A stretch of DNA of 64,000 nt, from the NCBI GenBank assembly GCA_963715405.1, contig OY970239.1:430481-494480 (forward strand), given 5' to 3'. Shown here piece after piece: positions 58,302 to 64,000 of this stretch. A model generated the notes under the pieces. The model had not been told where the DNA came from, ran no database searches, and saw only the letters and a program-made list of their open reading frames with translations. The translations under genes were made by a program, and so were the position numbers. Source of the DNA: an uncultured bacterium (GTDB taxonomy: Bacteria; Actinomycetota; Thermoleophilia; Solirubrobacterales; 70-9). Every line of letters starts with the position of its first letter. Position 1 is the first letter of the stretch.

Positions 58302-59597
58302 TCAGGCCGTTGGGCTGCGCCTGCGCGGGAAGGTCTGCGTGAAGCGGTAGAGGTCGCGAATCGAGCCGTGGAACTTGAGATCGCGCTTGAGGATCGCGCG
58401 CTTCGGATCGACTGTCCCCTTCGAGAGCCCGATCCACTCGCCCCACGTGGTCTCCCAGGTGAGGTCGGGGTCCGGTGCGACGCCGTGCTCGGCGCGGGTG
58501 GAGCCGTTGTTGATGACCACGTGCCAGGGCTCCGCGTCCTCGAAGCGCCACTGGATCGTGAAGGGCTTGCCGTTCTGACTCGAGGTCCTGGCCGAGCGGG
58601 CGACGAGGTCGAAGAAGAGCTCCTGGACCTCGGGCGAGGAGTCGGGGTCGGGGTGAGGCTCGCCGATGATCCGTGCCTCGAGCAGCCTGATCTGGCGCTT
58701 CGCGAGCTCGGAGTGCTCGAGCGAGTAGTCGACGGGGAAGACCCCCGGCATGTCCTCGAGCGGCCAGCCGATCGCGCGCCACTTCGTGAGGACCGAGCGC
58801 ATGCCGAACTCGAAGATGTCCTCCATCTCGAAGCCGTAGCAACGGGTGTACTCGCGGTCGAAGCCGGGCGGGTTGAAGACGGCGGCGACGTAGGGCATGA
58901 CGTCCAGGAGAAGCTCGTGGACGGCTGCCTTGCACTCGTCCGACTCCTCGAAGAGCTCACTCAAGACCTTGACGCCGAAGCCGATGTGGCGCTGCTCGTC
59001 TCGCGAGACGTTCCCCATGCCCTCGATGAAACCGGGCATCGTGCCTTCCTTGGCGAAGTAGTCCTCGATGAAATGCTGACCGGGCTGGGCCATCGAGGCC
59101 TCGACGACCATGTGGTAGAGCGCGATCGCCTGAGCGAACTTCGGGAGCGAGCGGTCGCGGCGAAGCTCCTCGGCCATCCGGTCCAGCCGGTTGAAGACGT
59201 TTCGGTAGCCCCAGTTGAGCTCGGGCTCGGTGGAGGCCAGCGTCGCCTGGATCGTTTCTCCCGCGCCGATGACCTCCTTGAAGAAGCGGTGGAAGAAGAC
59301 GGCGTGGCGCACCTCGTCGACCTGCTGGGTTGCAAGGAAGTACTTCTGCTCCTCCCGCGGCGCGGCGTCGATGTAGGGCGAGAGATTCTCGGCGACACTG
59401 TTCTCTCCGTAGAAGAACATCGAGTAGATCCAGAGCCCCGACTTCTTCTGGATGTCGGTAAGCGCCGCCCAGCCCTCTTTGTCCTGGGTGAGATCGATCG
59501 CGGTGGCGCTCCAGTTCGAAGTCTCCCAGCGGCGATAGAGGTCGTCGTAGGAGATGGCGTTCGCCGCCTTGATCCCGTCGTTCTGCGCAACGCTCAT
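58302..59597 (-). CDS. R2-like (ribonucleotide reductase beta-like) di-metal oxidase fused to a C-terminal SCP2 sterol-binding-like domain
   Basis: Ferritin-like metal motifs (…QQVDEVRHAVFF… and …VSRDEQRHIGFG…). The C-terminal approx 110 aa (…FTIQWRFEDAEPWHVVINNGSTRAEHG…AILKRDLKFHGSIRDL) has an SCP2-like pattern. Confidence 0.7.
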   Translation of the reverse strand: MSVAQNDGIKAANAISYDDLYRRWETSNWSATAIDLTQDKEGWAALTDIQKKSGLWIYSMFFYGENSVAENLSPYIDAAPREEQKYFLATQQVDEVRHAVFFHRFFKEVIGAGETIQATLASTEPELNWGYRNVFNRLDRMAEELRRDRSLPKFAQAIALYHMVVEASMAQPGQHFIEDYFAKEGTMPGFIEGMGNVSRDEQRHIGFGVKVLSELFEESDECKAAVHELLLDVMPYVAAVFNPPGFDREYTRCYGFEMEDIFEFGMRSVLTKWRAIGWPLEDMPGVFPVDYSLEHSELAKRQIRLLEARIIGEPHPDPDSSPEVQELFFDLVARSARTSSQNGKPFTIQWRFEDAEPWHVVINNGSTRAEHGVAPDPDLTWETTWGEWIGLSKGTVDPKRAILKRDLKFHGSIRDLYRFTQTFPRRRSPTA

Positions 59598-59672
59598 GTC
59601 TCCATCCTCCGTGAGTTAGTGCTCGCCTCCCGGTCGGGGGCTCGCCCGAATAACCACTTACCTTGATCCGCA

Positions 59673-59700
59673 TACTAACTGACTGAGCGGTCAGTTAGTA
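59673..59700. promoter_or_regulatory. Perfect 11-bp inverted repeat, candidate TetR operator
   Basis: TACTAACTGAC-tgagcg-GTCAGTTAGTA lies between the divergent R2-like oxidase gene (start 59597) and the TetR gene (start 59712). Confidence 0.55.
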
Positions 59701-59711
59701 GCCTGAGTTCC

Positions 59712-60348
59712 GTGGAGGGAGCACCTGCAACCAGGCGGCGATTGTCTGCCGCTGACCGGCGTACGGCGATCCTCGAGGCGGCGCTCGAGGTGTTCTCCGA
59801 ACGCGGGTTCGCTGAGGCCTCGCTCGACGATGTCGCGACGCGCGGTGGAATCTCAAAGGCCCTCATCTACGAGCATTTCGGATCCAAGCGCGAGCTCCAG
59901 GTGGTCCTGCTCGACACCTACATGCACGACCTGATCGAGGCCGTCGTGAGCTCGATCGCCGAGGTCGACACGGACGAGGAACGGCTGCGAGCCGGGATCG
60001 AGAGCTTCCTCGTTTTCGCCGCGGAGCGCCCCGCCGTACTCCGCCTGCTGACCCGGAACGTCTCGGACCCCGTCGCGGGCGAGACGATCGACCGGCTCCG
60101 CGAAGAGGCGGCCGGCGCGATCGCCTCGATCATGGCGTTGAATCCGCCGGCACTTCGCTCCGGCGACCCCGATCTTGAGACCACCGTGGCGATCAGTCGC
60201 CCACCTCATGGTGGGCGGAATCCAGTTCCTCGCCAGCTGGTGGATCGACCACCCAGAGGTCCCGCGCGAGAGCATCGTCGAGCTCGCGATGGGCGTGAGC
60301 TGGATCGGTCTGGAGCGCCTGGGCCAGGGCGAGCGCTGGTCGGGGTAG
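59712..60348 (+). pseudogene. TetR/AcrR family transcriptional regulator, one frame interruption
   Basis: HTH ILEAALEVFSERGFAEASLDDVATRGGISKALIYEHFGSKRELQ. The C-terminus continues as VAHLMVGGIQFLASWWIDHPEVPRESIVELAMGVSWIGLERL… in the next frame, after an extra A at about 60195, and stops at 60346-60348. Confidence 0.75.
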
Positions 60349-60534
60349 CGGCCCTCGCGGCGCTGTTGGCGTCGTCTGGGCAGCGGCTCTCGCGGCGCCG
60401 TTGGTGTCGGCTGCGCAGCGGACGTACTCCGAAATGCCTGAGGGGCGATAAAGGGGGGGAAGAAGAATTGACGCCTAGACCGGCGCGATCGGGCTGCGAA
60501 GCGCTGACGTGGGCAACAAGGGGGCATCGCAAAC

Positions 60535-60577
60535 GTTTGCGGGGTTGTACCGGCTATGGCGGCAGGGACCCGCAAAC
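60535..60577 (+). repeat. 43-nt hairpin repeat, left copy (overlaps the DUF559 start codon)
   Basis: GTTTGCGG-27nt-CCGCAAAC. It matches the right copy at 33 of 43 positions, with identical 8-bp arms and identical length. Confidence 0.8.
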
Positions 60578-61479
60578 GATCTGCCGACGCCGTCATCCTG
60601 GCACTTGCGTCGCGGGCGCACGGCATCGTCAGCCGATCGCAGCTCTTAGAGGCCGGCGTCACCCGTCATCAGATTGAGCTTCGGCTTAGCGACGGCCGGC
60701 TCACGCCGCTTCACCGTGGCGTTTATCTGGTCGGCGCGGTCGCCTCCGAGCACGCTTACGCGCAAGCCGCTCTGCTCGCGTGCGGTTCCGGCACGGCCCT
60801 TAGCCACCGAAGCGCGGCCTCCCTGTGGGGGCTTTGGCCGTATCCGTCCCGCGCGTTTCCGTGGGTGACGGTCGGGCAGGAGATCAAGCGGCCACGGATC
60901 GTCGTTCGCAGAGCCAATCTCGCAACGCGCGACTCGCGCCGAAAGCACGGCATGCGTGTCGTCTCGCCGCCACGCGCCGTTCTTGACTGCGCCTCCATCT
61001 TTGACGATCCGTATGAGCTGGAGGCGCTCGTCGCCGAGGCGCACTTCAGGCGCATGGCGCGCGAGCCCGAGCTACGCGATCAGATCGCGCGCAATAAGGG
61101 AAGGCCGGGCGTCACGCTCCTTCGTTCGATCCTCGATATCGAAGGCGGGCCTCAGCGCACACGCTCAGGCGGCGAGCGGTGGTTCCTGCGGCTCCTCCGC
61201 GAGCATGGTGTGAAGGGCTTTGAGGCGAACGAGAAGGTTTATGGCTGGGAGGTGGACTTTCTGTGGCGTGAGCTCGGGTTCTGCATCGAGCTCGATGGGT
61301 GGGACGGACATTCGTCGCGGCCGGCGTTCGAGAAGGACCGGCGGAAGTGGGCGGAGCTGAGCGTGGCTGGCCTCACGGTGATGCCCTTGGCGACGCGGAC
61401 CGCGAAGATCAATAAACAGAAAACGGTGCGGTGGGTGGGCGAGATGCTCAGGCAGGCCGCGGCCCACAAAGCGGCCTGA
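60556..61479 (+). CDS. DUF559 endonuclease-like domain protein with N-terminal AbiEi-type wHTH
   Basis: N-terminus …HGIVSRSQLLEAGVTRHQIELRLSDGRLTPLHRGVYLVG… and C-terminus …GWEVDFLWRELGFCIELDGWDGHSSRPAFEKDRRKWAELSVAGLTVMPL… (Vsr-like/DUF559 pattern). Confidence 0.8.
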   Translation: MAAGTRKRSADAVILALASRAHGIVSRSQLLEAGVTRHQIELRLSDGRLTPLHRGVYLVGAVASEHAYAQAALLACGSGTALSHRSAASLWGLWPYPSRAFPWVTVGQEIKRPRIVVRRANLATRDSRRKHGMRVVSPPRAVLDCASIFDDPYELEALVAEAHFRRMAREPELRDQIARNKGRPGVTLLRSILDIEGGPQRTRSGGERWFLRLLREHGVKGFEANEKVYGWEVDFLWRELGFCIELDGWDGHSSRPAFEKDRRKWAELSVAGLTVMPLATRTAKINKQKTVRWVGEMLRQAAAHKAA

Positions 61480-61506
61480 AGGGCACCGCGACCGCTATCG
61501 CCAATC

Positions 61507-61549
61507 GTTTGCGGGCTTCGACCGGCTCAAGCGGCAAAAAGCCGCAAAC
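61507..61549 (+). repeat. 43-nt hairpin repeat, right copy (28 nt after the DUF559 stop)
   Basis: GTTTGCGG-27nt-CCGCAAAC, in direct orientation relative to the left copy. Confidence 0.8.
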
Positions 61550-61652
61550 GTTCTAGATCTTGGCCGACCCCTACCCCTGGTTGCCAACAAAGCCCTTCGC
61601 GATCCGCGAGCGCTGACGTAAGAACGCCGGCATTGCGCGGCACGTTGCCTAT

Positions 61653-62996
61653 CTACCCCAGCTTCGGGCTCTGCCAGGGCTCCGCGAGGCGGGCCGCCAA
61701 TAGCGCCGGTAAGTCGTCCCCCGCGACGCGTTCCTGTGTCAGCGAGTCGCGCTCTCTTAGGGTGACCGTGCCGTCCTCGAGCGTCTGTCCGTCGACCGTC
61801 ACGGCCCACGGCGTGCCAATCTCGTCGTGGCGGCGGTAGCGCTTGCCGATCGCGCCCCCGGAGTCGTATTCCGCCTGGACCGAAGAGCGGACCGCCTCGA
61901 AGATCTCCCGCGCGCGCTCGGGCATGCCCTCCTTGTTGACCAGCGGCAGCACCGCGACCTTCACCGGGGAGAGCCGCGGGTGGAGTCTTAGAACGGTTCG
62001 CTTCGTGCCGTCCTCGAGCTCCTCGACCTCGTATGCATCCACGAGAAACGCCAGCGTCGCGCGGTCGGCGCCCGCAGCGGGCTCGATCACGTGGGGAACG
62101 TAACGCTCGCCTGAGCCCTGGTCGAAGTACTCGAGCTTCTCGCCGGAGAACTCGGCGTGCTGGGTCAGGTCGAAGTCGCCGCGGTTGGCGATGCCCTCGA
62201 GCTCCGACCAGCCGATGGGGAAGAGGTACTCGACGTCAGACGTCCCCGACGAATAGTGCGAGAGCTCGTCGGCGTCGTGGGGGCGCAGGCGCAGCATGTC
62301 CGGCCGGATGCCGAGCCGCGTGTACCACTCGAAGCGAGCTTGGCACCAGTGCTCGAACCACTTCGGCGCCTCGGCGGGCGGCACGAAGTACTCCATCTCC
62401 ATCTGCTCGAACTCACGCGTGCGAAAGATGAAGTTGCCCGGCGTGATCTCGTTCCGGAACGACTTGCCGACCTGGGCGATTCCGAACGGCGGCTTTTGCC
62501 GCGCAAATCCGATCACGTTCTTGAAGTTGATGAAGATGCCCTGCGCCGTCTCGGGGCGAAGGTATGCCTGAGAGCCCGTGTCCTTGACGGGGCCCACGGT
62601 CGTCTCGAACATCAGGTTGAACTGGCGGACCTCGGTCAGGTCATGGGTCCGATCCTCCGTCTTCGGCAGGTTCGCCTTCGCCGGACACATCTCGGCCCGG
62701 TCGAGATGGTCGGCGCGGAAGCGCTTCTTGCAAGCGCGGCAATCGACGAGGGGATCGGTGAATCCCGCGAGGTGACCCGACGCCTCCCAGACCCGCGGGT
62801 GCTGAAGGATCGCCGAGTCGAGCGCGACGATGTCGTCGCGCTCGGAGAGCATCGAGCGCCACCACTCGTTCTTCACGTTGGTCTTCAGCAAGACCCCGTA
62901 GTGGCCGTAGTCGTAGGTCGAGCCGAGGCCGCCGTAGATCTCCGACGAGGGGAATACGAAGCCGCGCCGCTTGCAGAGCGACACGATCTCGTCCAT
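61653..62996 (-). CDS. glyQS: Glycine--tRNA ligase (dimeric class II type)
   Basis: MDEIVSLCKRRGFVFPSSEIYGGLGSTYDYGHYGVLLKTNVKNEWW…FRNEITPGNFIFRTREFEQMEMEYF…. The start is uncertain: ATG at 62996, or GTG at 63029, or the track start at 63113. Confidence 0.9.
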   Translation of the reverse strand: MDEIVSLCKRRGFVFPSSEIYGGLGSTYDYGHYGVLLKTNVKNEWWRSMLSERDDIVALDSAILQHPRVWEASGHLAGFTDPLVDCRACKKRFRADHLDRAEMCPAKANLPKTEDRTHDLTEVRQFNLMFETTVGPVKDTGSQAYLRPETAQGIFINFKNVIGFARQKPPFGIAQVGKSFRNEITPGNFIFRTREFEQMEMEYFVPPAEAPKWFEHWCQARFEWYTRLGIRPDMLRLRPHDADELSHYSSGTSDVEYLFPIGWSELEGIANRGDFDLTQHAEFSGEKLEYFDQGSGERYVPHVIEPAAGADRATLAFLVDAYEVEELEDGTKRTVLRLHPRLSPVKVAVLPLVNKEGMPERAREIFEAVRSSVQAEYDSGGAIGKRYRRHDEIGTPWAVTVDGQTLEDGTVTLRERDSLTQERVAGDDLPALLAARLAEPWQSPKLG

Positions 62997-63070
62997 CGTC
63001 ACGCCGGTCGAGCCGGTTTCGTCTGCCACGCGATCGCAGGCTAGCGCCGGAGGCCGACTGTGAGCGAATC

Positions 63071-63082
63071 GCCAGGTACCTG
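63071..63082. promoter_or_regulatory. Perfect 12-bp palindrome in the divergent glyQS/zinc-ribbon intergenic region
   Basis: CCAGGTACCTGG read directly from the sequence. Its function is unknown. Confidence 0.3.
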
Positions 63083-63111
63083 GTTCCGGGCCGCTGCGAT
63101 ACTCCTCCGCC

Positions 63112-63459
63112 ATGCCGATCTACGAGTACCGCTGCGAAAAAGGCCACGACTTCGAGGCCTTTCAGTCGATGTCGGAGGATCCGATCTCCGAATGTCTCGA
63201 GTGCGGCGCTCCGGCCGAGCGCGTCCTCAGTGCTCCCGCGGTTCACTTCAAGGGATCCGGCTTCTATACGACCGATTACGCCCGCAAGGGCATGAAGCCA
63301 TCCGACTCAGGGTCGTCCTCTGAGAGCTCCGGGAGCGATTCCGATTCGAAGAGCTCTGACTCCAAGAGTTCGGACTCCAAGAGCTCGGACTCGAAGAGCT
63401 CAGACGCTAAGAGCTCCGACTCCTCGAAGAAGAGCTCCGCCTCCCCTTCGTCCGACTAG
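63112..63459 (+). CDS. FmdB-family zinc-ribbon protein with Ser/Lys-rich repetitive tail
   Basis: MPIYEYRCEKGHDFEAFQSMSEDPISECLECGAPAERV (CxxxH…CxxC zinc ribbon) and …FKGSGFYTTDY. The tail is SDSKSSDSKSSDSKSSDSKSSDAKSSD. Confidence 0.8.
   Translation: MPIYEYRCEKGHDFEAFQSMSEDPISECLECGAPAERVLSAPAVHFKGSGFYTTDYARKGMKPSDSGSSSESSGSDSDSKSSDSKSSDSKSSDSKSSDAKSSDSSKKSSASPSSD
63337..63426 (+). repeat. 15-bp in-frame tandem repeat (6 units) encoding SDSKS
   Basis: The units are gattccgattcgaag, agctctgactccaag, agttcggactccaag, agctcggactcgaag, agctcagacgctaag and agctccgactcctcg. Confidence 0.9.
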
Positions 63460-64000
63460 CCGACGGGGCTGCAGAGCGGGTCGTTCTCGGGATCCTCGCC
63501 CGTCAGCTTTCTGACCGCGCTCACGCACTCCTCAACCGGGACGATGAGGTTGCCGCCGTCGGACCCCGTCGGCTCGAGGACGAGCTCATCGGAGCTGCCG
63601 CCGATGGCGGCCGCGAAGACGAACTGCGGCATCGTCAGCGCCCCCATGTCGGAGACGAACGCCTTCGGGCGCGTTCCAGCCGATGAGGGGTCCCTTGAGG
63701 AAGTTGTAGGGGATGCGGAGGGGATCGGTGAGGCGGTCCTTCATCCCCTGGATGATCTGCTGCTGGAAGCGCGCACGATCGGTGTCGTCGATGGAGGTGT
63801 CGCCGCAGGATGAGCTTCGGGTTCGCGCAAGGGCGAGCGCCTTCTCGCCGGACAGCGTCTCCTTGCCGGGACCGAGATCGATCTTGAACGCGCCCCCTGA
63901 GATCTCGTTGCAAACCTGCTCCTCGAGCTCCACTTCGACACCGCCGATCGAGTCGATCAGGTCGCTGAACCCGTTGAAGTCCACGATCGCGACGTGGTTG
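63456..64000 (-). pseudogene. LytR-CpsA-Psr (LCP) family protein, partial at the window edge, one frame interruption
   Basis: …VDFNGFSDLIDSIGGVEVELEE…LSGEKALALARTR…DDTDRARFQQQIIQGMKDRL…LIGWNAP continues as …KAFVSDMGALTMPQFVFAAAIGG… in the next frame, with the shift at about 63670. The N-terminus lies beyond 64000. Confidence 0.7.

Noticed and set aside
62997-63111. T-box riboswitch upstream of glyQS
   Set aside because: The leader and intergenic space is only about 115 bp and is shared with a divergent gene. No specifier/antiterminator architecture or T-box consensus was recognised.

Overview
This is a visibly very GC-rich bacterial chromosome segment with Actinomycetota-like organisation: many GTG/TTG starts and ATGA/GTGA/TTGA start-stop overlaps.

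Core content:
- ettA (partial), an FKBP isomerase, and an HxlR regulator with a DrrAB-like ABC exporter
- two MMPL transporters, one coupled to a PadR regulator
- ffs (long SRP RNA), then an M15 peptidase, then dnaX-ybaB-recR
- lysC-asd and a CPA1 antiporter
- an sdhA-sdhB-CCG-subunit operon with no membrane anchor gene
- a site-2 protease, enoyl-CoA hydratase and an AidB-like dehydrogenase
- GGDEF and PAS-GGDEF-EAL proteins, icd-mdh, hsp20-lon
- two TetR genes around an R2-like oxidase/SCP2 fusion, a DUF559 gene, glyQS, and an LCP protein (partial)

The clearly accessory part is about 9.9-25.4 kb. It holds glycosyltransferase/FAD-oxidoreductase pairs, an ATP-grasp/esterase module, a CarH-type B12 photoreceptor with an ECF sigma factor, an SRPBCC protein, and three tandem NTF2-like genes.

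The most unusual signal is at tRNA-Val(CAC), 21778-21849. Four same-orientation copies of a tRNA-Val 3' half lie on its 3' side. Three of them carry a conserved arm of about 100 bp with 10-bp-phased GGATG repeats and a GGGCACC hairpin. Together they cut about 8.9 kb into 0.7-2.9 kb gene modules. No integrase, transposase or transfer gene was recognised anywhere in the window.

The second half contains many single-base frame interruptions in otherwise well-conserved genes. They are densest at 53.9-57.6 kb, with about 13 in lon. The pattern looks more like sequence error than decay, but this must be checked. No rRNA gene or CRISPR array was seen.
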